A DNA stretch of 64,000 nucleotides, taken from NCBI RefSeq assembly GCF_030686945.1, contig NW_027122668.1, positions 124,099 through 188,098 on the forward strand, written 5' to 3'. This document shows, piece by piece, positions 38,760-51,200 of the stretch (position 1 is the stretch's first letter; each line of letters begins with the position of its first letter). The position numbers and the translations under genes are program-made. The stretch comes from Centruroides vittatus (lineage: Eukaryota). The notes below the pieces were generated by a model. It saw only the letters and a program-made list of their open reading frames with translations, made no database searches and had not been told where the DNA came from.

Positions 38760-39006
38760 CTTAAATTTATCTTTGTATACTAAGTACAGTACATTTATCA
38801 ATTAACAGGACTTATTATACTGGAAAATTATGGATGCAGATATTTAGTCTTACTGATCAGAAATATTATAAAAATAAAAAATATAAAAAAACTAAATAAA
38901 AAATATTATTTCTGATCAGTAAGACTAAATATCTGCATCCATAATTTTCCAGTATAATAAGTCCTGTTAATTGATAAATGTACTTAGTATACAAAGATAA
39001 ATTTAA
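38760..39006. repeat. Near-perfect hairpin: two inverted arms of about 105-110 bp around a 35-bp A-rich loop
   Basis: Left arm: cttaaatttatctttgtatactaagtac(agtac)atttatcaattaacaggacttattatactggaaaattatggatgcagatatttagtcttactgatcagaaatattat. The loop follows, then the exact reverse complement. The only mismatch is a 5-bp agtac bulge. The flanking direct repeat gacgtcactttt lies at 38707 and 39007. ORFs 38866..39123 and 38978..39175 are artefacts of the palindrome. Confidence 0.7.
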
Positions 39007-39142
39007 GACGTCACTTTTTCTCGCCGCAGAAGTCGATTTTGTGCCGCTTTTCTCGTGCTGCAAAAGTTGGTTGAATTCTACTTTTGGCGGCGGTCGCCGC
39101 CAAGAGACGTTTCTATCAGCCAATAACAGTTCGTCTGGTTGT

Positions 39143-39250
39143 CACGTGAGAAAATACAACCACGTGGTGTTTTAATGGCGGAAAGTTCGACGCGGTTAAC
39201 CGAGATAACAAACAGAATGAAGAGGAAAGGATAATAAATTTGGTAACATT
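39143..39250. repeat. Second copy of the 105-bp CACGTG-containing repeat unit found at 1..107
   Basis: gtcacgtgagaaaatacaaccacgtggtgttttaatggcggaaagttcgacgcggttaaccgagataacaaacagaatgaagaggaaaggataataaattt. Confidence 0.5.
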
Positions 39251-40641
39251 CTAGGAGGGGAAGGGGGGGTTAACCCCCCCAAACGATAGACCCCCTGTGC
39301 GATCAAAAAATGTCTAATGAACCACACCCCTACGGGCGACCCCTCACGAGATATAGCCCCCCCAAAATCGGGCCGCGCGAGATCGCGGCGCGCGTCGCTC
39401 AGCGCGCGCGTCTCCCTGCTAAGCGCTCGCGTCGCTCAGCGAACGTGATAGCGATATGAAGCACACGCGACAAAACGTACGTCATTTCCGGTCACGTGAC
39501 TCCGCAAAATGGAAAATATAAAATCGTTTATATATAGTCACTTTTGAAGGTTAGTGTAGAATCTGTTTTCTTCGCCTTTTACATCGGCAGTTAGAATGTA
39601 TAGTTCTTTTCGCTTAGCAGCGCGCCAGTCAATTGACGTGATCTAACTCACGTGTATTGGGTTGATAATCGGTTCAGATAGCCTTTACCCATTTGGGTAA
39701 TCCTATTTCACACTGAGTACGATTATATGTCGGTGGCCGACTCGTAAGGACCAATCGTAACGGGTGTTAGAAATCGTTTTAATATGATCTTATTTCGTTT
39801 ATAAATTCTTACGAAAAGTCTAAATAATACCATCTTTTCTCGTTACGTCGATAATGTTTTTTAATATAAGGAAATGGTTAGTAAGTTTACAAGCGGTTAC
39901 AGTGGCAGTCGCGCGCGATATCCTAGCAAAGCGACGCGAGCCGCGACCTCACGCGCGATACTCTTAGCAGAGCGACGCGCGCCGCAATCTCGCGCGACCC
40001 GATTTTGCGGGTAAATAAAAATGCGTATTATTTTCGTTAAAGTTATTTATTAATAATTATCTACGTTATTGAAATATTAATATAGCCATAAAAATGGTTG
40101 GAATTCGAAACCAACGAATAAATTATTGCTTTAAGTAATCTTTATAACAGAAACTAAAAATAGTATCGATATTTTAATTTATTTTATTATATACTATAAT
40201 TAATATTAATAATCGAAGACTTAGAAATCGTTTAATTCTATTAAATTGTCCTTTCTTTTAAACTGCTCGAATTGCCCTTTCTTTTTCCTTTACTCGGATC
40301 GAGTCGATTAAGCCTAAAGCTGTATTAAAAGCGGTATTAAAGGTGGTCGCTCTCGCTCGTTTACCTCGCTTTCGTTTCGAAGAATAATTGGTAAGGAGGG
40401 GGGACCCCCCAAATTATAGACCCCCCTGTGCGAAAACAAAGGGAAAAACAAAATTTTGGTATATTACGTAGGTGTCACGTGACCGGGATGACGTAGGTAT
40501 AGTCCTCCCGATTCGATGGCGCGGCCCGATTTTGGGGGGGCTATATCTCGTGAGGGGTCGCCCGTAGGGGTGTGGTTCATTAGACATTTTTTGATCGCAC
40601 AGGGGGGGGTCTATCGTTTGGGGGGTTAACCCCCCCAAACG
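39241..40641. mobile_element. Composite non-autonomous TIR/foldback element with about 120-bp G/C-homopolymer-rich terminal inverted repeats and CACGTG palindromes
   Basis: The left terminus 39250..39370 (gggggggttaacccccccaaacgatagaccccctgtgcgatcaaaaaatgtctaatgaaccacacccctacgggcgacccctcacgagatatagcccccccaaaatcgggccgcg) is the reverse complement of 40500..40640. A nested second inverted pair (39370..39440 against 39900..40010, the cgcgagatcgcggcgcgcgtcgctcagcg motif) lies inside. A direct partial copy of the terminus sits at 40380..40440. CACGTG occurs at 39493, 39650, 40478 and 40651. ORF 40414..40638 reads through the TIR and is spurious. Confidence 0.5.
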
Positions 40642-41715
40642 TCTTCACCCACGTGGTATTCGGGAGCTTTCTCGTTCTCGTCTTTCCTCCTTCAGCTCTG
40701 ACTCAAAAGTGACTCTTTGTCTTGGTTCTACCCCTGAGGGCTGCATACAGTCCTATTGTCCATAATGGGGTCACCTATTGTTAAGCCGTTAAGCACCGGT
40801 CAGGGAAGGGTTCCAGGAAGTAAAGATAATATGAATAGGAAAGAGAAGGAAAAATATATTCTAAGTTAAAATAAAATATAACTATATATTACACAAATGG
40901 CATTTAGCCACAATATATCTACTGACCAGGTTGTCATTTTGACATTTTAAGCATTAATATATAAATTTCAGTAATATTTTAAAGATCATTGACTGAGATT
41001 TTATATAAATAATAAGGTATTATTTTAATTGCATGTCTTAACAAATATTTTAATAATTTCTTTAATATATTTCAATAATAATAAATCTAATGTTTATGTA
41101 AAAAAAAAAATTGTTAAGTATGATTTATGCTGTTTACTTTTACGCATGAAATCAAATATGTATTTTTAGTCGGGAAATATATTTTGTAATGCTTGTTTTT
41201 ATATTACTTTAATGTTGTTAATCATCATAAATTTTAATTATTTAATGTGTTTATCAGGTTTCTTTGAATTACATTAGTAATTATTCTAAAAATTTATTTA
41301 ATTTATTCTAATTTTTTAAATGTTTTTCAGTAAATATTAATTTTTTTTAATTTAAAAAAGATTTTCTTCTGATTAAATGTAATCTTAACAGTTTTATTTG
41401 ATATAAGAATAGTGATTCTGGATTTTAAGATTATGAAAAATAATTGCTTCAATAAAGTATGTTTTAACAAATTTTTGTGCTAGAAAGGGATGAAAGGTTC
41501 TCCTAGTGTTGAAGAGAAATTAAAGGAATTTTTCATCTTTTTATTAGAAGTTGAATCCTATAAACTTTTAGGACAAATTATACCTTTGTATAATAATTAA
41601 AAGACCTTAAAAAGATAATAATGTGAAATGATTTGAATTATTAATGTTTAGAAAGTTAAAATTGCTTTCAGTCTTTCATTTTACCTCAAAATTAATTAGA
41701 ACTATATAGGCCTAT

Positions 41716-41810
41716 CGTATTTTACGGACTATAAGACGCACCTTTTTCTTCGAAAAATTGCCTCCAAAATTCAGGTGCATCTTATAGTTCGTAAAATACG
41801 GTAATTGTTA
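41716..41810. mobile_element. Small palindromic MITE (cgtattttacggactataagacgcacc ... ggtgcatcttatagttcgtaaaatacg), copy 2 only
   Basis: A perfect inverted repeat with about 30-bp arms. It sits at the site where copy 1 carries the unrelated Tc1-like MITE 17887..18191. Confidence 0.45.
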
Positions 41811-42287
41811 ACGTATATAATTAACTTTATTATAATATACAAACATAACTTTGTGGTAATACAAACTATTGTGCCTCCAGGTCTAAGGGTCACCACAGCT
41901 AACATACAACTGCCTGGAGACAAAGGAACATGACAAAGGTCAAAGGTGAGGGGTTGCCTAACTAGGTCAAGGGGCAATTCGGTGTGGGTTATCTCCTGGA
42001 GGTTTATATACCTAACAATAATTATATAACAAATACTAAATAATATCTTTGTATATCTTTACTCATATATTTAATTATAATTATTTCTATGAGTAAAGAT
42101 TTAGTTGATTATGGAAGTTACTGTGTTAAAGCTATAGAAGTTTTTAAATATTTTCTGTTATTGACCAGTGTATTAAAATTATAAATCTGTACAATCCAAA
42201 TAAAGAAGTTTTAAAATTAAATCATACAAAATTTTATATGAAAATTGAATTATTTTCTAATGTTTTCTATATTGTTTAGTTGGCGAA

Positions 42288-45200
42288 ATGACCACTCCAA
42301 AGCATAATCGTAATGAGGAGAGTATTTATAGGATCCCACCGTATTATTATTTACATGTTTTGGACCAGACATCAAATGTTACAAGAGTGGAAGTCGGTCC
42401 ACAGACATATATTCGCAAGGAAAATGAAAGGTATGAAAGTTAACTTAAATAAACCTGAACAAAGCTATAATAATCTCATAGTACAAGTTATATATGAAAT
42501 TAAATTGTAGTATTAAGTCTGCACCATATTAATTTTAAGCTGTAATTAATTGATTTATCAAACTGTTTATTTGTGACTGTCGGCCATATTGTATATATAT
42601 ATTTTATTGTATATAGTTGTAATCCTATCTTATTTTTGCAATTTCCTCCTTTTTCCTTTGTCTATTCTTTCTTAAACTTTCCATGACTGTTATCGCCATG
42701 TGGCTGGATTAGACGTTCCGAGAATCGGTAGGGACAATAACAGGTAGTGTGGCCTGGGGAAAAAGTGGCTAAGAGAGGGGTCACTTTTCGACTAGATACG
42801 AAGAGAGACGGACGGCAAGAGCGAGGCTCGATCGTGATTTCCGAGAGAGGAAAGAAGTGCGATAGTCGAGTGAAGAGCCGAAATATAGAGACCGGCATAT
42901 TGGAGAACCCCAATAATTGAGAGAAGAAAGGATAGTGAAGAAAGCCACTATCGTCGGATCCAGGTTCTACACAAAGTATCAATACGTATCCGCCGAAAAA
43001 GAGAAAACCCCGGGTGAATCATCCCTTCATTTCTTCTACCTTTCTGCTGTCCTATCTTTCTTATTTTTCCTTAATATTAAGAGTTTAGATTTAAGTTAGG
43101 TTAGTCAAGTGTTTACGAGGGACCGATTGTTACGCGCTTAAAAATTAACACACCTCGAATTGTAAATCAGTTGGGATTCCTTAACAACAAGAACCTTATT
43201 TGTTCTAAGTGGAATAAAGGAACATTGTTTATTATTGTAGTCGTTGCAGTGTCCTTTTCTGTACGTTTCATTCGCAGGCCATACTGCCACACTCTTATAG
43301 AACACCACATATTCTTAGAATTTTGAGTTATAAAATATTTCTTTTACTAATGATTGATTTTGAAATTTCCTTTTGCCAATATACATGGTATGATCCAAAA
43401 GTTCGGGGAATGCAGTAATCTATGACAACAAAAGCATGTATTTGAAGTTACAGCGTATGAAATGGATTCTACCAACTCACCTCTACGTGTTCAGGTTAAT
43501 TTCACCCATGTCATGTGATTAAATCGTGAGCGCTGCTGGTTTTTCCGGAGATAGTTACCTTTGTCCTGCGACGTAATCAAAGTGGAGTTTCAAGAACAAC
43601 CTCCAACATTTCGACTTCACCGTGACCTTTCACCGTAGAATCACCATACACCTTTCTTAGCAATTTTAAAATCTCCGTAGGTGTTTTCCCTAAACGCTGC
43701 CAAAATTTAATGTTGGAGGTTGTTCTTGAAACTCCACTTTGATTACGTCGCAGGACAAAGGTAACTATCTCTGGAAAAAAACAGCAGCGCTTGCAGTTTA
43801 ATCACATGACATGGGTGAAATTAACCTGAACACGTAGAGCTGGTTTGGTAGAATCCATTTCATACGCTGTAACTTCAAATACATGCTTTTGTTGTCGTAG
43901 ATTACTGCATTCCCCGAACTTTTGGATCGTACCACGTATATACTTTTTTTTCTCTTTACTATTCAATGCATATTTATTCCAATATACAATTGTAAATCAA
44001 AAACTATTTATTTTTAATACATTAAAATTATTATTCTTTACTTTTATTAATGTTCTTACTTTTAAAAATAAACCATGTAAATAATGAAATACAGTAAAAC
44101 TTCTGTAACTTGAAGTTTTTTCCTGCCTCTTTCAAGTTAGACAATTCAAATTAGAGAACAATACTGATAAATGCCAATTCCAAGTAGATTAGATCTCTTG
44201 CATTTTATATAAAGAATCTTTGATAGTTTTTTGTTTTAAACAGCTGTTTAATGCCTTTTCATCATGTTCAATGTAGCTAACAGAATCAGTTTTTTGCAGG
44301 TAGAGTACATCTTATTGAGATAAAGCAACAGATCATCTCATTTTGGACTGGAATGTTGTCTATAAATGGGTGTTGGACAGTATATACAACTAACTGTCTG
44401 AAAACTTCATGAAAATCAACAATTAGGATCACTTCAGACAGAATAAATATTAAAATTCAAGTCAGGATCAAGTCAAATATAAATCTAAATTGAACCAAAT
44501 ATTTCACAAGATTCTAAAAAAAAAGTTACAATAGAACACATGTAAATGTCACTATAGAATATGAAAAATATAAAAATATAGAAATATAAGAAAAAAAAGA
44601 CTTACTTTTGAAAAGAATAAGATTGTTATTGCAATAAATTTGCACTTCCACAACAACCTAAATCAACTTTCACAAGGTTTTGGTTTCTTTTCTTCCCATA
44701 CTTGTGGTGCCATCTACAAAAGTTCTTCCCTCTTTCTTCTCCTGTATATTTCCATTTTATGGGTAGAAGACAGAACTAGAGTTAAAATGGATTCTAAGCA
44801 ATGAATTCTGTAAAACTGTAGCTCCTCAATTAATTAACGAACATTGAATCTACTAATTAAAGTACCTTACAATAGAATATTACTTATATAATATAAGAGT
44901 ATAAATAAAACATAATTTTATTATCATAGTGATATTTTGATAATGATAAGTATTAGGTGACAAAATCGAGTTCTATGGTCTTAACCAAACAGTGACAGAA
45001 CTGAGGGAGCAATTGTAAAAGGTGCAGTGCGAAAGGAAGACATAATGCATGGTCCAATTAAACAAATTTAATTTTGTGCTTAAAAATATATATACAGTTT
45101 CTTTAAGGTTTCCCACTGTTGTACAATTCCGGCTACCTTCTGATGGTTTCAACGTTACAGGCGGTTCAGCTAGTTGATCTTATCCCAACTACTAACCAAC

Positions 45201-48200
45201 AATGGTTCGTGTCTAATAGTCTTTGGCTACTTTGTAACTAAAATTTTTATGTACGGTGCAATTACCGCTAGTTAACACTAGTCAAGTTGGCTACTTTTTA
45301 AATTGTAAATTCCATGTATCTAACATCCAATTTATTCTTTTTATTATGTGTTACCTTTCAAATGTCTACTAGACACTGTGGAATAGCCTTTGCCCTTTTA
45401 ACTGTCTTCATTATCACAGTATGTCGTGCACTACACTCCAGCCATCTCAATACTGTATATCTTAATATTATTGTAAAATGCAACTAGCATTATTTGAATT
45501 AACAACAAAACTGGTTACTGACTACATCGATGTACTTATGTTACTCTATATTCTTATAATATTGTATTGTATTCAAATTGAACCAACCTCTTGTTGGAAA
45601 AGTACTCCCATTTTGTATATACTGTTAATTCTGTACACATTTGTATTCTATTGCATCTTGTTTTAATTGAATAAATGGCGATGCAGATGCCCATGGGGTC
45701 CCTTGGGGGCCTCGTGGTTGCTATTTTCACACTTTCCTATCTTTCTTTGTTTCTTCTTCCACCTAACTTCTCTTTTCTTATTCTCTTCTTTCCGCTTCCA
45801 ATAGGGCTAAGTCTGATGCTAAGTATGGATAGCCCCCTTTTCCTTTAATCCAAAGTCCAAAGTCTCTTGCACGATTCCTAATCTAACTTAATCTAATAGA
45901 AGGTGGATAGAAGAAGGGGAAGTAGGAAGAATAATAGAATAGGGGGTACCCAATTTATCGGCAAGTAGTCAAAGTATTTCTTCGTCTCGACTTCCGAGTC
46001 TTGAATGTTTTATTCTCTTGCAGATCGGCTGTCTCGGAGTTCTCCTCCAGATCTATCAATATACTTCTTTCTTGATCCGTTCTCTATGGTCTCCTTTTTC
46101 ACAGTGCTTGTTGGATTCCACTTACGAACCTTGCCACCACACATCCATTACCTCTTGTGTCCGGCCCAAGAATGTTTCTTGGAATTTCTATTTTCCCCTC
46201 CAGCCTCGTCGCAGACTATTGTTTTCACTCTACCTCCTGGTGGGCTAGGGGTGAGTCTGAGTTCTCAGAAGTTCGAAACAAAGGGAATTGGAAGGAAGGA
46301 TAAATTTATAGAAATAGAATATAAAATTAAATTAAAAACTATACAAAATAGAATGGTGTACAGCCACATGATATTTGTGAGGGTGACAAAAATGAGGGAT
46401 GAGTGTAATCCAGTCTCTATGAAAAATTTGATCACATTATGAATTTTTTTTATTCTAGAGTTTAGTTTTGATGTTACAGGAATTCCTTGACTTTTGGACA
46501 ATTCCCTCCACCTCTTTTTTTGTACATTATATTTTGATACCTCTGAGTTACTTTTCTTAGATAAAATTTGGATTTTTATACATTTTCAGCAACAAAAAAA
46601 AACATTTGAGAGATTGTGCAGTGACTTTCTACTGATCTAGATTTTTCTAACATAAAAATCAATTCATTTTGTAAAAAATTACAGTAGAGGCCATCATAAT
46701 ACCATTTTGTTTTATGTAAAATAGAAATAAATACTATAATTTTTAAATAAAATTTTATAATTAAATATTTTCAGAGTTATTTTGGGACCCGAAAAAATGA
46801 TCATTGTTCCTCCAGGTCATTATTGTGTGATACAAAATCCTGTGATAAGAGACAATGATGGAATTATTCAATATGATCTATATGGTCAAAGTAAACTGCG
46901 ACATGCTGACTTAGAAATAAGATTACAGCAAGATCCTTTTCCTTTATATCCTGGAGAAGTTTTGTTTCAGGTCAGAAGATATTAAATATTCAATTTTTCT
47001 TAAAAATTATTTTAAGTTTAAGCACATATTAATTTATACATCATAATTAATTTTATAACTTTATTGTACATTGATAAAGAAAGTACAGATTCTATCAATA
47101 TTTGATTTATATAGAAGACTAAGATTTTATTGTCGTGCTATCTATATCCTGGCTGATTAAGTATATCTTACCAAATTACATATCATCTATATATTTAACT
47201 AGCCAAGTTACAGTTTGATAATAAACCCAATTTTATCATTTAAGTAATAAAATCAATTATGTAGTGTATATTTTTGATATTTATTAATTAACGTCAACTA
47301 ATTTTAAGTGGATGAATAAAATAACTTTTTATACTGATATCAATAAACAATTTATTAGATTATATTATCAGAATTCATCTTTGTCTTCATATTACTCAAT
47401 TTTTCATTTTGAAATAGTAATATTTGTGTTCTTTAATTTTAATTTTGCAATTTCATCAAATTTAAGTTACATTTGTGCTATTGTATGCTTGTAAAACAAA
47501 TATTTTTTTCAAGAATACACTAACAAAACATATATAAACGTTTTGAAAATATTTGTGTTAGATGTTTAATTTTAATATTATTCTTAATATACATTATAGT
47601 CATTCTTTACTTATTAGTATATTAGTGTTCTCCAGAAATTTTTACCAGTGAGATGAAATGTGTGAAGAGGTTCCAAAAATGGGTTTAAATTAAACATTTA
47701 TTATAGAAACTTATTAAAACAAAACTAGAGGAAAAACACCTCCATTGTTAAAACGGATGAAAGATCGGATTCTTTGTGCTAGTCATATGAAACTGGGCAA
47801 GGAAATAAATACTATTAGTGAGGTTGAGGCAGAAGTTTTAAACGCGAAAACGTGTATGTCGGACGCTCAGCGCCGCTTTCCGTAAGCCTAGAAGTTTGAC
47901 AATGGCATTTGGAAAGTCAGTGGAATCATGCTCAATATTGCAAACATCATTGTCAAACTTCCACGCTTATAGGAAAGTGGTGCTGAACATCCGACGTACA
48001 CGTTTTCTCATTTAAAACTTCGGCCTCAACCTCACTATTAATGTAAAACACAACACAATAAATGTAAACGAATGTTCTCCAGTAGAGATGGACCTATGAC
48101 AAGGCACTCGTATAGAAGTAAATAGAACATAGAAAAATTTTGGAAAGGGGAACGGTTAATTATGAAAGGAGACATTGTGTCAGGCCATTAAAATTCTAAG

Positions 48201-51200
48201 ACATCATACACTAGACAACAATGAGTTAAAATATGAGCGCAAGTTCAAAGTCCCATAAACGCCTTCTATCGAGGATGGTGTCGGGTAGATTCTCCTTTCT
48301 GGTGACCTGAACAGGTCTTGTCTTTCACTTAGGGACAGATGAGGGACCAATCGGGGAGTGGGAAGAAGAGACGTGGAACCAATCAGAATGGACAAAAGGG
48401 GGAGAATGGAGATTGATATAATCCCTGATCGTCAAGGTCAGGGGACACTCAGTTAGTAGAGTCTAAGGTGAAAAGATGCTGTGTGTCAATACATGGAAGA
48501 TGGAGCTTTGTCCTTGTGCCCATACAGAGAGCGATGCTACCGATGCCAACCAATGAATCTCCTCATCTGCTGCAGAAAAAATATCCTCGAACCTTCAATT
48601 GTTTAAAGCACTTTGTGCATAGAGTAAGTTATTTCCTGTCAAAATAAACGGGTTATGTGAGATACTTGTTATCATTTGTCTCCTCTGCCACAATCTCACG
48701 CGAGCATCCCTAGATCATCCTGACGCTGGATTAACAATCCATTTGTAAGTTGGCTAACTTACAAATGGAGTAGCTGGAGTGATAAAAAATACTGCAGTTT
48801 TTATAAAATTTTTTATTCATAAATTCAATTCATATTTCTTCATAAACAAGTACATCCACATAGACATAAACAAACACATCTATATTGAAAGTCATTTGAA
48901 AGAGACTGTGTAGAAGTTAATTCACCACATGGATTAGCTTCTGCAAATGTCAGTTGGCAATGGGTGATTATGTTGTTAGACTAAGCCAATTTTATAGTAG
49001 TGAAAGTGTCATTTAATAAACTTTTTAAAATGTTCTATCAGTTTTAGTCAATTTTAATAAATATAACAATAGTATTTTGTATGAGTAAATCACAGTGTAC
49101 ACAATCTAGCAGAAAAATGCCATGGTAAATTATTGTGAAGCAGAAAAATTTTGTTTCTAAGCATGGAAAAATTATAGAAAAGATAATTTTTGCTTTTGTA
49201 ACAATTACTACAGAAAATGAGAATAGAAAAGTTTTTACATGCCAATTCTGTTTAAAATATTATAAAACAAATTGGCATAACCTCAACTATTTTCACCTCT
49301 GAATGATGATAGAATTTCAAGATAGATGATGGTATGGTCAGTTGTAAAGCATTCATTGATCATGATCATTCTCAATTCCTTTATTGTCCACTAAGGCAAA
49401 CACTCAACAAACTAAACACATAGTAAATGTTAGAAAATTTATTTACACTTGATATAACATGTACAGGTTCAATAAAGGATGCCAACTCTAGGCAAGACCC
49501 AATCGTTGGTGGAACGATGACGACATACTGAATCCATACAAAAATCAATGACACTTATTACAAAAATAGTTTTTCTAAAACTAACCCTTAATACTAAATG
49601 TACCCTAAGAAAGGAAGATTGCTACTTTTTGCCCCTCTTCAAAGGTGGCAGATAGGACAGAACAAAAAGTATGCGGGTCATACAAACATCTTCCTGTTAT
49701 TGTGAAGGGCCATGTGGAAACTTCTTACATACAATACATGCTTGTCTTATCCTCAGTTCCTGAGGGTTTTTACTTGTATCCAAATTGTCGGTCACTCTTT
49801 TGAAACTTTCAACTGGTCAAGAATGCCAACTCAAACACTGGGAATTTCAAGGTTTCCACTCAAAGTTATAACTTCACCATCTACTTGGGCACCGGACACT
49901 GTAACATCTCTTCTTTCATCATCATTTCTCTTCAAACACCAGCTCAAAAGTGACCTTCCTTTGCCTTGTATGCCCTCAGATAACCTTGTACTCATTATAC
50001 TGATTATTTCAGGAAGTGGCCCTCACCTCCAAGAAGGAAGAATTAAAGAGATTAGCAAGTTCTAGAAGGGAGAAAGAACAGAGAGTATGAAGAACAAAGA
50101 CAAAAAGAGACATACAGTGGACAATCACAATATGAATAAAAATTACAAAATATTTTTACATAATCAGTAGTTACTAAAATCCACTAAAAAATAGATAACA
50201 CATTATTTTCTAATTTCTCTCTTATTCTGAAAATATAATCTGAAATAAAAGCATTAATTAATGGAACCTAATCTTGGCACTCCTGTAGTGTAAGCCTACT
50301 GCCCACTCTACCTAAGTCTCAAACTGATACTGACTGTAAACAATTGACATTACATGCGATTTTGTTACTTCATTTCTTGAATTCTTTATGCTACTGAGAG
50401 AATTTATCTTTTTCTGCATTACTTTATTGTAAGTAGGAATGGAACTTCACAATTCTGCATTCCTGTTCTTACTCACTATTTTGTCGGTGCAAAGAATCAG
50501 GCAGCAGATCCATAAAAATGGATCTGATTTCAAACTTGGTAATTTGATACACAGTACTCCTGAATGATAAGTCAGAATTTTTTTTCCTTCTTTAAAAATA
50601 ATTTACAAAATTTAGAAGTCAAATGACATTTTTAGAATAGAGATATCTTTTGTATTCCACAAAACTTGGTACTGTGGTTAACTTTTAAATTCTTAAATAT
50701 CTACTTCTTATGGAAACTAAATATATATATTTTTGGCCCTAAAGTTGTATTAGAAATTAATGGAAACTGAAGACAGCCTATTTAGGGCCGAAAACATTTA
50801 ATTTATAAAAAAAAAAGAAAGTCTTGGATTCCATACAAAGTGGTTACTTAAGAATTTTAAAAAATCATTTGCTTTTGCATTTATATCTTAAAATTTTCTA
50901 AAATTTAATTATTTAATAAATTTTTAGGAAGTGAAACAATTACAAGTTGTTCCTGCAAACTGTGCTCTCAGAGTTCGAGCATTAAGAGATTTTGAAGATG
51001 ACAAAATAAAAAGAATTGCAGGAGATGAATGGCTGTTTGAGGGTCCAGGTATTTAGGTTCATATTTACTAGACATATAGTTAGATTTCATAAATTACCAT
51101 TAATCAATAAAATTATTTGACTTTGTATTGTTTGTCACACTGAATAAACCACAAGAAAAGACAGAAAAACAAAATTAATTTAAAACAGATGTAAATTTTT

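Noticed and set aside
38866-39175. ORFs of 85 aa and 65 aa on opposite strands
   Set aside because: Both are produced by the perfect palindrome 38760..39006 and its flank, not by coding sequence.
40414-40638. 74-aa ORF (PQTIDPPLCDQKMSNEPHPYGRPLTRYSPPKIGPRHR...)
   Set aside because: It is read straight through the G/C-homopolymer-rich terminal inverted repeat of the 39241..40641 element. The mirror-image sequence on the other terminus gives the same artefact.
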